Position numbers and translations under genes: made by a program | From: an uncultured Candidatus Actinomarina sp. | Lineage (GTDB): Bacteria > Actinomycetota > Acidimicrobiia > Actinomarinales > Actinomarinaceae | Assembly: GCA_902599555.1 (NCBI GenBank) | Contig: CACKFQ010000003.1 | Location: 64,607-128,606, forward strand | Length of the DNA: 64,000 nucleotides | Reading direction: 5' to 3' | In this document: piece by piece, positions 1 to 7,727 of the stretch | Numbering within the stretch: position 1 is the stretch's first letter | Layout of the letters: each line of letters starts with the position of its first letter | The notes under the pieces: model-generated | Database searches by the model: none | Told to the model about the DNA's origin: nothing | Seen by the model: the letters and a program-made list of their open reading frames with translations, nothing else

Positions 1-1
1 A

Positions 2-556
2 GAACTCTTGGTAAAGAATTTCAATGGAAATATTTCTAATACGTATCTCTCAACAAATTACCAAGGACTTAAAAGTTATAACTTAACTATGAATATTCCA
101 GCTGAGGATTTTGAGAGTTTTTTAAAGGCAGTAGAGGATATTTCAAAGTTTACAAACATAAATTTAAATGCAAATGATGTAACAAAATATGTTCTTGATA
201 TAGATTCAAGATTGAAATCATTAAATGATGAAAAGGAAGCACTTGAAGAAATTAAAGCGGAAGCTGTATCGACATCAGATAAGCTTCAAGTGCAGTCTCA
301 ACTTCGTTACATAAATCAAGACATTCAAGTTTTGGAAGGACAAAAAGAATATTATGAAAATTCAGTATCGTACTCTTCTTTGACATTAGATATTAGAGAG
401 GGTTCTGGAGTATCGCTGTTTTCATGGAATTATTATGTTCAAAGAGCATTAAATTGGATTGAATCAATTATTGGTTTTATAGTATCTTTTGGAATAATTG
501 CAGTTCCGTTGTTGTTGCTAGTATTAGGATTTAGAAAATTTAGATCTAAAAACTAA
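2..556 (+). CDS. DUF4349-like protein (coiled coil plus C-terminal TM anchor), 5' end cut by window edge
   Basis: The frame is open from nt 2; the TTG at 8 is only the first possible start. A coiled-coil stretch DSRLKSLNDEKEALEEIKAE...QSQLRYINQDIQVLEGQKEYY is followed by the hydrophobic tail IIGFIVSFGIIAVPLLLLVLGF. Family name is from remembered architecture, no search run. Confidence 0.55.
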   Translation, partial: ELLVKNFNGNISNTYLSTNYQGLKSYNLTMNIPAEDFESFLKAVEDISKFTNINLNANDVTKYVLDIDSRLKSLNDEKEALEEIKAEAVSTSDKLQVQSQLRYINQDIQVLEGQKEYYENSVSYSSLTLDIREGSGVSLFSWNYYVQRALNWIESIIGFIVSFGIIAVPLLLLVLGFRKFRSKN

Positions 557-631
557 TGGCGCTTTCTTATATTGGTTTATTTTTAATAATTATCCTGCTT
601 ATATTTTTTGGAAAAAAAATTAAATAAGTAT

Positions 632-1435
632 TTAATTCGGTTGGTATGTTCCAAAAAAGACTTGCCATGCAAGACAAGTCTTAGCAAGCAAGCTTAACCA
701 AATGTAAGCTCTTTCACCGTATAGATAGTCTTTCCATTTACCTACTTGCTTATATTGCAAAATCATATTTATTGAAAAGGTATTAAAGAATAAAAATATA
801 CTGACAAAAATCCAAACAACAAATTGTGGAACTCCTTGGGGATTAGAGTCAGTTGCTATCCCATCACCTATTAGATTAATAAATATAAAAATCCAAGGGG
901 CAACACCAACTAGGCAACCCATTATGTAGCTTGTCCAATCAACTTTTTCTGTGTACTGATTGTGAACTTCCATCATCCATCCAAACCAACACATAGCTGC
1001 GTTCATAAAAAATATTCCAGCTAATGCCCAAATATCATAGATGCCAACTAAAAGTGCAATAAGAACAATCATGACTGATGCACTTATAGAGTATTCAATC
1101 CATCTGATCTTATTTATTCCTTTTGATAAGTCTTCTTTGTACTTTTTATAAAAAGGACCGGAAATTAAATAGTGAGCGACAGCTGACGCAAGTAAGAAAG
1201 TTGCAACTGCTGGACCAAAATTTGTAACTTCTGTCCAAATTTCTAATTCTGGAACAAGAGCAAAGCTTGATGGATCATTAGGAGAGCCAACTCCAACAAG
1301 TTGAGTCAAGGTTATTGGAACAACAAAATCTGAATTAACAACTGTTCCAAGCCAAAATAAAAGCCCTCCCTGAATAAGATGGACTGTTCCCATAATTAAG
1401 TTAAACTTTTTTAATTTTTGAATTTTTGTTTCCAT
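632..1435 (-). CDS. heliorhodopsin (7-TM retinal-binding protein)
   Basis: Full-length by-eye alignment to heliorhodopsin 48C12. Shared motifs: KFN..G.VHLIQ (His19), AVAHYLI (His88), RWIEYSISASVMIVLIA (counter-ion Glu114), GVAPWI, FLFFNTF, and LQYK..GKW.DYLYGERAYIWLSLLAKTCLAWQVFFGT (Schiff-base Lys252). ATG start preceded by AAAGGGGGAG. Confidence 0.9.
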   Translation of the reverse strand: METKIQKLKKFNLIMGTVHLIQGGLLFWLGTVVNSDFVVPITLTQLVGVGSPNDPSSFALVPELEIWTEVTNFGPAVATFLLASAVAHYLISGPFYKKYKEDLSKGINKIRWIEYSISASVMIVLIALLVGIYDIWALAGIFFMNAAMCWFGWMMEVHNQYTEKVDWTSYIMGCLVGVAPWIFIFINLIGDGIATDSNPQGVPQFVVWIFVSIFLFFNTFSINMILQYKQVGKWKDYLYGERAYIWLSLLAKTCLAWQVFFGTYQPN

Positions 1436-1488
1436 GCTCCCCCTTTAAATTAGTAAGCTAAGTTTAGTTTTCTAATTAATATTAAATC

Positions 1489-1683
1489 ATGGATAAACAA
1501 TTAATTTTTTCAGAAATTGAATCACTAATTTTTGATATGGACACATTAATTAAGTCTCTTGCAAATTCTAGGGAATATATAGCAGGGGGAGATTATGCCC
1601 GTGCTACTTCAAAGCTTTCGGAACTTGAAATTGAATTACAATCTCTTGCAGGAAGAGTTTCTTATATTAAATCAAGCCTTTGA
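1489..1683 (+). CDS. hypothetical small helical protein (64 aa), uncertain
   Basis: ATG ORF filling most of the 236-bp gap between the ABC ATPase and the heliorhodopsin, divergent from the latter. No Shine-Dalgarno. The last 12 nt overlap the convergent ATPase gene. Confidence 0.25.
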   Translation: MDKQLIFSEIESLIFDMDTLIKSLANSREYIAGGDYARATSKLSELEIELQSLAGRVSYIKSSL

Positions 1684-2697
1684 GGGGAATGTTGTAACCT
1701 CTGAAATATTTATATTTACCTTATCGCCAGATTCAAATATTGTATTAGGTAAAGAACGTGCTCTAAAAACTTCACCTTTACTATTTTGGAATGATATTAC
1801 CTGATCATGGCCATAGAAGGTACATTCTTTAACCAAGTAACTTCCGTCTGAATCTAAAGTGAGTTCAATACACTCAGGTCTAATTGATACATCTAAAGCA
1901 CCATCATAAGCAGATACAAAAGTTCCTAAAGATGTCTCAACTCTACCGTTAACTGAGTAGCCCTTTAATATATTGGGGTCACCTACAGAGTTCGCTACAG
2001 TTTGGCTAACTGGATTTAAATAAATTTCTTGCGGCGTAGCGCTTTGTATAACTGTTCCATTTTCTAACACACTAACTACATCGCAAACTGACAATGCTTC
2101 CTCTTGATCATGAGTTACAATTATCGCAGTAGTCTCAGTTTTTCTTAAGAGATAAACTACTTCGTCTCTTAATTCCCTGGCCATATGTGCATCTAAGCTT
2201 GTAAATGGCTCATCTAGAAGAATTACTTCCGGACCGGGAGCTATCGCCCTTGCAAGTGCAACTCTTTGTTGTTGACCACCAGATAGTTCTTGAGGATATT
2301 TATTTTTATAATTTTCTAAATTACACATTTCTAAAACTTCTTCTAATCTTCCTTCATTTATTTCATTTTTGGAAAGTCCAAAAGATATATTTTTTTCAAC
2401 ATCTAGATGTGGAAATAATGCATAGTCTTGGAAAACCATACCAACATTTCTATCTTCAGGAGGTACAAAAACTTCATCGCTTGAAATGATTTGATTTCTC
2501 ATTTCTATTAAACCAGAGTCTGGTTTTTCAAATCCAGCAATTAATCTTAATGCAGTAGTCTTTCCTGAGCCTGACATTCCCAACACGCCAACAATTGATC
2601 CATTCCAAACGTCCAAATTAAAATCTGACAAAACAGTCTCTTTTTCGTAAGACTTTGTTACTGATCTTGCTCGTATAATTAAATTTTCAAATGCCAT
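1672..2697 (-). CDS. ABC importer ATP-binding protein, FbpC/PotA-like (ferric iron type)
   Basis: Walker A GMSGSGKTT, signature LSGGQQQRVALARA, Walker B ILLDEPFTSLD, H-loop VTHD. About 100-aa C-terminal regulatory/TOBE-like extension. The start shares nt 2697 with the permease stop. Confidence 0.9.
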   Translation of the reverse strand: MAFENLIIRARSVTKSYEKETVLSDFNLDVWNGSIVGVLGMSGSGKTTALRLIAGFEKPDSGLIEMRNQIISSDEVFVPPEDRNVGMVFQDYALFPHLDVEKNISFGLSKNEINEGRLEEVLEMCNLENYKNKYPQELSGGQQQRVALARAIAPGPEVILLDEPFTSLDAHMARELRDEVVYLLRKTETTAIIVTHDQEEALSVCDVVSVLENGTVIQSATPQEIYLNPVSQTVANSVGDPNILKGYSVNGRVETSLGTFVSAYDGALDVSIRPECIELTLDSDGSYLVKECTFYGHDQVISFQNSKGEVFRARSLPNTIFESGDKVNINISEVTTFPSKA

Positions 2698-4253
2698 TAG
2701 TTTGTTAAATTTCTAGTACTAAGTATATATGTAGGAAGTGCGCTAATTGCTAACAAAATAAATGCAGAAAATGCTGCTTGTGTAAATAAAGCTTCAGAAG
2801 CGTTAGACCATATGTCAACAGCCATAGTGCTAAAGCCGGTTGGACGCAGTAGTAAGGTTTGCGGTAACTCTTTCATTGTTGAAAGAAAAACTAAAGCTGC
2901 ACCAGCTAATAATCCTTTGTAAATAAGTGGAAATGTAATTTTTATAAATGTTTCCATCTTTGAAAAACCAAGGCCAGAACTTGCTTCAATATAGGATAGT
3001 TTCACTTGTTCCATTGACGCTTGTCCTCCTCCAACAGCTTGAGGTAAAAAAACTATTAAGTATGAGATTATAAGTGTTGTAAAAGTTTGATAAATCGCTG
3101 GAACAATTTTAATAGTTATAAACAACATTGAAATTCCTACAGCAATATGAGGAAGCCCATATAAAGTAAGGGTTACTTTTTCGAATAAATCACCAAATTT
3201 TGATCTATATTGAGAAATCATTATAACTATTGGAGTAGCAATAATCATTGCAAATATTGAAGTTACAGTAGCTGCTGTTAGTGATCCAACTACGCCTGAT
3301 AGAACGTTATTAACAGCATTGCCTTGTGACATACCTCGAATTAACCAATAGGAAAGAACACTTATTGGTATAACTAAACTGAATAAAATAACTAAAGCAA
3401 AAAATGCTAAAACTAAAACTTTATTTTTGTGAGACAATTTAGCTTTTACAATTTCTCTTGGTGTTCCAGAAACTTTAGCTGACCTACTTAATTCACTTCC
3501 CCTTTGAGCAAAACTGATTATTAAAGCAATAAATATCAACAAGGTCGAATAGAAAATTACAGGATCACCATTTATATTTATTGTGTAATAAGAGTAAATT
3601 GCCTTTGTTAATGTTCCATATTTCATTAAAGAAACAGCACCAAAATCAGAAATTACATACAATCCAACTAAAAGAGATGAATAAATAATAGGTTTTTTTA
3701 ATCTTGGTAAAACAACACTGCTATACATCTTTATTTTTTTAACTCCAAGTGACCTAGCAGCATCTTCAACTGTTGAATCTAAATTTCTAAGTGCACTACT
3801 GCAAATTAATTGAACATATGGATAAGTAAACAAAGTAAGTACAATCCAGCTTCCAATAAAACCATCAATTCCAGATATTTCATTTATCCCAAAACTTGAA
3901 AAAATATCTACAAATAATCCCCTTGGTGAAAATGCTGAAACATATGTTAAAGCACCTATGTAAGACGGTATTACTAAAGGTAAAATTGTAAGAGTAAACA
4001 ATAACTTAGAAGCAGGAATTTCATATCGAACGATAAGAATAGAAATTAATAAACCTAAAAATAGGCTTGTAAGAATTACTGCAATAAATAAAAATATTGT
4101 ATTCAAAAATAATGTAAGAACATCCCATGATTGCAAAAATTCAGACAAATTTTTTGAAAAATTTGCAAAACGCCAAAACATATAAAAAATAGGCATCAAA
4201 AATAAAATTAAAATAAAAGTATTTGTTACTATCAGAGGTTTTGGTGCCTTCAC
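2697..4253 (-). CDS. ABC importer permease with two fused transmembrane domains (FbpB-like)
   Basis: 518 aa, about 12 TM segments, duplicated binding-protein-dependent permease architecture. GTG start. Located between the SBP and ATPase genes. Confidence 0.85.
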   Translation of the reverse strand: MKAPKPLIVTNTFILILFLMPIFYMFWRFANFSKNLSEFLQSWDVLTLFLNTIFLFIAVILTSLFLGLLISILIVRYEIPASKLLFTLTILPLVIPSYIGALTYVSAFSPRGLFVDIFSSFGINEISGIDGFIGSWIVLTLFTYPYVQLICSSALRNLDSTVEDAARSLGVKKIKMYSSVVLPRLKKPIIYSSLLVGLYVISDFGAVSLMKYGTLTKAIYSYYTININGDPVIFYSTLLIFIALIISFAQRGSELSRSAKVSGTPREIVKAKLSHKNKVLVLAFFALVILFSLVIPISVLSYWLIRGMSQGNAVNNVLSGVVGSLTAATVTSIFAMIIATPIVIMISQYRSKFGDLFEKVTLTLYGLPHIAVGISMLFITIKIVPAIYQTFTTLIISYLIVFLPQAVGGGQASMEQVKLSYIEASSGLGFSKMETFIKITFPLIYKGLLAGAALVFLSTMKELPQTLLLRPTGFSTMAVDIWSNASEALFTQAAFSAFILLAISALPTYILSTRNLTN

Positions 4254-4287
4254 TCTATTAAGGATAAATAAAAATTACAGTTATTAA

Positions 4288-4328
4288 AAGAAAAAAATTC
4301 TGGCCAGAATTACCTGGCCAGAATTTTT
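4288..4328 (-). terminator. intrinsic terminator/attenuator between SBP and permease genes
   Basis: 10-bp perfect stem attctggcca (4297-4306) / tggccagaat (4315-4324) with an 8-nt loop. Flanked by A7 (4291-4297) and T4-5 (4324-4328), so the minus-strand RNA ends in a U7 tract. Confidence 0.7.
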
Positions 4329-4354
4329 GACTCATTTTGATACTAAATGAAGAA

Positions 4355-5455
4355 TCAAAATCCTGCCTGAGCAATCAACTCTACAGCTTTTTCCTGCCAT
4401 AGAGATAACGCTGACCAATTTAGGTTTGAAGGAGAGTTCAAACTATTAATGTCTGGAAGCAAAGCATTAGGCTTAATACCTGTAACAAGAGGGAACTCGT
4501 AAACAGTATTTGTAAATGTTTCTTGAGCCGCTTTTGAATGTAGGAATTCAATAAATGCTAACGCTGCTGGTTTATTTTGGCTTGAAGACAAAATACCAAC
4601 ACCAGCAGGCATAACCATTGCTCCACATCCTTCATCCAAATATACATTCTTAATTGGCTCATTTCCGCTTTCAGCCAACACTCGCAATGTGTAATAGTGA
4701 TTAATCATTCCAATATCTAGCTCACCGGCTGCAGCAGCTGCAACTTGTGGTGAGTTTTTAGGATATTCAGCATATCCAAGTCCATTTATGGTGGTTAGCC
4801 ATTCTAAGACTTTTTCTTCACCGTCCAACTCAACCATACAAGCAACCATTGCTATGAATGAAGAATTGGTTGGAGCAAGTCCTAATCGATTTCTAAACTT
4901 TTCATCTGCAAGACCATAAATATCATTTGGCAACTCCGAATCTTGAACGTCTCTAGTATCAACAACTAGAGCTCTAGATCTACCAGATGTTCCCACCCAG
5001 TAATTATTTTTATCTACAGCCCAACCGGGAACATTATCTAAAATATCAGCCGGTAGTCTCTCAAACAGGCCTTCTTTGGCGACAATTCCAAGACTTACTG
5101 GGTCTTGAGAAAAGAAAACATCAGCAGGACTGATTGCGCCTTCAAGTTTAAGAGTTCCTGCTAACTCCGCACTTTTAGCATATCTTACCTCGACTGTTAC
5201 CCCCGAAGTAGATTCAAATTCAGCAATAATTTCTGATACTAAACTTTCTTTTCTTCCGCTATAGATGACAAGCGTCCCGCTTACTTCTGCTTCTTCCTCG
5301 GTTAGTGCTGCATTAACTGCAGCTTCAATTTCTTCTTGAGAGACTTCTCCAGCTGGACCTTGTTCACCAGCCGGACCACGTTCACCAGCTGTAGTAGTAC
5401 AAGCCGATAAAACTATTGTGAGAGCAACTAAAACTAAAATATATTTCTTATTCAC
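4355..5455 (-). CDS. ferric-iron ABC substrate-binding lipoprotein (FbpA/AfuA/FutA family)
   Basis: Family-1 SBP pattern (LVIYSGRKE..., SPADVFFSQD, INHYYT di-Tyr iron-ligand motif, YEFPLV). The preferred start is GTG at 5455, preceded by GAGG at 5 nt. It gives the lipoprotein signal MNKKYILVLVALTIVLSAC. The track start at 5500 adds 15 non-signal residues. Confidence 0.85.
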   Translation of the reverse strand: MNKKYILVLVALTIVLSACTTTAGERGPAGEQGPAGEVSQEEIEAAVNAALTEEEAEVSGTLVIYSGRKESLVSEIIAEFESTSGVTVEVRYAKSAELAGTLKLEGAISPADVFFSQDPVSLGIVAKEGLFERLPADILDNVPGWAVDKNNYWVGTSGRSRALVVDTRDVQDSELPNDIYGLADEKFRNRLGLAPTNSSFIAMVACMVELDGEEKVLEWLTTINGLGYAEYPKNSPQVAAAAAGELDIGMINHYYTLRVLAESGNEPIKNVYLDEGCGAMVMPAGVGILSSSQNKPAALAFIEFLHSKAAQETFTNTVYEFPLVTGIKPNALLPDINSLNSPSNLNWSALSLWQEKAVELIAQAGF

Positions 5456-5880
5456 ATTTACCTCAAATTTCAAATATACTTTGTTAATACTACTTAACAT
5501 TTTAAGTTAATGCTAATTTATTTAAAAAAAATTAAAAATTTTTAGAATTCAGATTTAAGTTTAAGAAATTTGACTGTGTTGAGAAAATTAGTTTACGCTA
5601 CCTGATTTAGAAAGCCTTTTAAAATTAAACGATCTTAAAACAAACTTTCCCCCATTGCGGACAAACCACATAAAGCCAGCAAGTAAGTAAGCGTAAGGAC
5701 ACATCATATTACTGTTATTATACATTAAATAGTAAAATATTAATAATGCAAAAAGATCCTAAGATTGTAAGAAAATATGAACCAGTAATTTGGTTACTTT
5801 TTTTTGGATTGACCTTCGCGGTTGGTTGCCCAGCATTTTAGAAATATCATTATTTGTTAATTACTGTTAACATGTAACTA

Positions 5881-6567
5881 ATGAATACTAAAAACCCAAA
5901 TATTCTCTCTCAAGATGAAATAGAAAGTTTACCAAATTCTTTTTATTCTCATGCTGAAGCAATATATCATCTTAATGAAGTTGGTATTGAAGTAAAGCAA
6001 ACCCGAGTAGCAGAGTGGCTAGGTGTTAGTAGAGCAAACGTTTCTCAAGTTATAGGAAGAATGCAAAATAATGGTCTTATTGAATTAACAGATGAATTAA
6101 AGCTCTCTAAAAAAGGTGCTTATCTAGCAAAAATAATTTCACGCAGACATCGAATAATTGAGAGATTTCTTTCAGAAGTCCTTGACTTACCTTGGGACAA
6201 AGTTTACAAAGAAACAAAAAAATGGGAAAACATTCTAAGTCCTACTACTGAGGAGGCAATGTTAAAAATTTTGGGTAATCCAACTACTGGTCCTTTTGGT
6301 AACCCAATTCCTTATTCAAACTATAAAAAAGTTCCCATGAAAAATTTATTGGATGTTGATCCAAATGAAGATTATGAAATTTTAAAAATTTCAGAAGAGC
6401 TTAAAAAAGATAACAATGTAATTGATTTTCTACAGAAAAATCAGATGTTGCCTGGAAACAATATTTTTATTTCTGATACAAACAAGTATTCAATTACTGT
6501 CAGTATTACAAAAAATCAATATTTTGGTCTCGATCAGTACATTGCTGAGAGAGTATTTGTCGGTTGA
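5881..6567 (+). CDS. DtxR/IdeR-family transcriptional regulator with C-terminal SH3-like domain
   Basis: wHTH VAEWLGVSRANVSQVIGRMQNNGLIEL, dimerisation helix RRHRIIERFL, NPTTGPFGNPIP (IdeR has NPTTSPFGNPIP). Divergent from the iron importer. Confidence 0.85.
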   Translation: MNTKNPNILSQDEIESLPNSFYSHAEAIYHLNEVGIEVKQTRVAEWLGVSRANVSQVIGRMQNNGLIELTDELKLSKKGAYLAKIISRRHRIIERFLSEVLDLPWDKVYKETKKWENILSPTTEEAMLKILGNPTTGPFGNPIPYSNYKKVPMKNLLDVDPNEDYEILKISEELKKDNNVIDFLQKNQMLPGNNIFISDTNKYSITVSITKNQYFGLDQYIAERVFVG

Positions 6568-6607
6568 TTCAATTTATGATTATACAGAGATTTTTTATAA
6601 TTGACTT

Positions 6608-7090
6608 ATGATTAATTTATTGTCAAATATACCTTATGAACTATTTAGTTATATTGGTGGTGGAATATTTTTGTTTATCATCTTATATAAATTTTTCCCA
6701 AATTTATTTATTAAGATTCATAAACCAGTCTTTTTCACGATAGGTATATTGTCATTATCTTTAGGATACGTTGGAATTGTAATTCCTGGTCTTCCCACAA
6801 CTGTTTTTATACTGATTGCAGCATGGGCTTTCTCAAAATGTTCAGAAAGATTTACATTTTGGATTGAAAACCACAGAATTTTTGGTCCAATCATTTTAAA
6901 TTGGAAAACATATAGAGGTCTTTCAAGAAGGGCTAAGAAGCTAGCCATTTCAATGATTATTCCAACTTTTGCATTTACTATCTACTTTGTTTTTTCACTT
7001 GTTGGAGACTTAATTTTTGGTGCTTTTGGAATCGCTCTTTGCACATGGTTAGCAACTAGACCAGAGCCACCTCTTGAAAACGAAGCTTAA
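6608..7090 (+). CDS. YbaN/DUF454-family inner membrane protein
   Basis: GIVIPGLPTTVFILIAAWAFSKCSERFTFWIENHRIFGP...W matches the remembered DUF454 core; 4 TM segments. Confidence 0.7.
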   Translation: MINLLSNIPYELFSYIGGGIFLFIILYKFFPNLFIKIHKPVFFTIGILSLSLGYVGIVIPGLPTTVFILIAAWAFSKCSERFTFWIENHRIFGPIILNWKTYRGLSRRAKKLAISMIIPTFAFTIYFVFSLVGDLIFGAFGIALCTWLATRPEPPLENEA

Positions 7091-7092
7091 AT

Positions 7093-7695
7093 TTAGTTAG
7101 CTTCGGGGATTTGATAGCCTATCGGTGAAACTTTATCTAATTCAAATACATCTCTTGCTTGAGCTTCGTAATTCAATCCTATAGATATTTGATCTCCTTC
7201 AGTAACCCTATTCCCATTTTCATCTAGCCTTGCATTCATGGTTGCTTTTTTGCCAGATTTACAAATTGTTTTAATTTCAGTCATCTCATCAGCCCAGGCT
7301 AATAAATATACACTTCCTGGAAAAGGTTCTCCACGAAAATCTGTTCTCAATCCATAGCAAAGAACAGGAATTTTAAGCTTATCTACAACCAAAGACAATT
7401 GAAGCACTTGTTTTGGGCTAAGGAACTGTGATTCATCAACAAGTACGCAAGACACTTTTTCCCTTTGATGTTCATGTGCAGTCCAAACATATAGATCATC
7501 ATCAGCAGTAAAAATTTCACATTCCCTGTCCAAACCAATTCTTGAAGCAATTTTTCCCTCTCCAAATCTGTCATCTAGTTTTGGTGTGAATAAAAGAGTT
7601 CTCATATTTCTCTCTTCATAATTATGTGCAGACTGTAAGAGAGTTGTACTTTTTCCAGCATTCATTGCTGCATAATAAAAATATAATTTTGCCAT
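7093..7695 (-). CDS. tdk: thymidine kinase
   Basis: [33 protein letters not shown]..., VLVDESQFL and [24 protein letters not shown] are near-identical in pattern to E. coli Tdk. Confidence 0.93.
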   Translation of the reverse strand: MAKLYFYYAAMNAGKSTTLLQSAHNYEERNMRTLLFTPKLDDRFGEGKIASRIGLDRECEIFTADDDLYVWTAHEHQREKVSCVLVDESQFLSPKQVLQLSLVVDKLKIPVLCYGLRTDFRGEPFPGSVYLLAWADEMTEIKTICKSGKKATMNARLDENGNRVTEGDQISIGLNYEAQARDVFELDKVSPIGYQIPEAN

Positions 7696-7727
7696 TTCTT
7701 ATATATTAGTTATTTAATTTATTGTTG

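Noticed and set aside
618-637. AT-only inverted repeat aattaaata-ag-tatttaatt overlapping the heliorhodopsin stop codon.
   Set aside because: The stem is pure A/T with a 2-nt loop and is not thermodynamically credible as a terminator. It is an expected chance palindrome in this composition.
5502-5520. Possible IdeR/DtxR box ttaagttaatgctaattta upstream of the iron SBP gene.
   Set aside because: Only about 10 of 19 matches to TTAGGTTAGGCTAACCTAA, and the two halves are not mutually complementary (4 of 9). This is indistinguishable from AT-rich background.
5577-5700. TPP-riboswitch-like fragments (ttgagaaaa…acctgat…gccagc…gcgtaagga) on the plus strand.
   Set aside because: The P2 GGGGUGC and ACCC elements are absent, and there is an insertion of about 70 nt where the THI element tolerates none. 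The fragments are on the strand opposite to the transporter operon, with no thiamine gene downstream. I treat this as coincidence pending a covariance-model scan.
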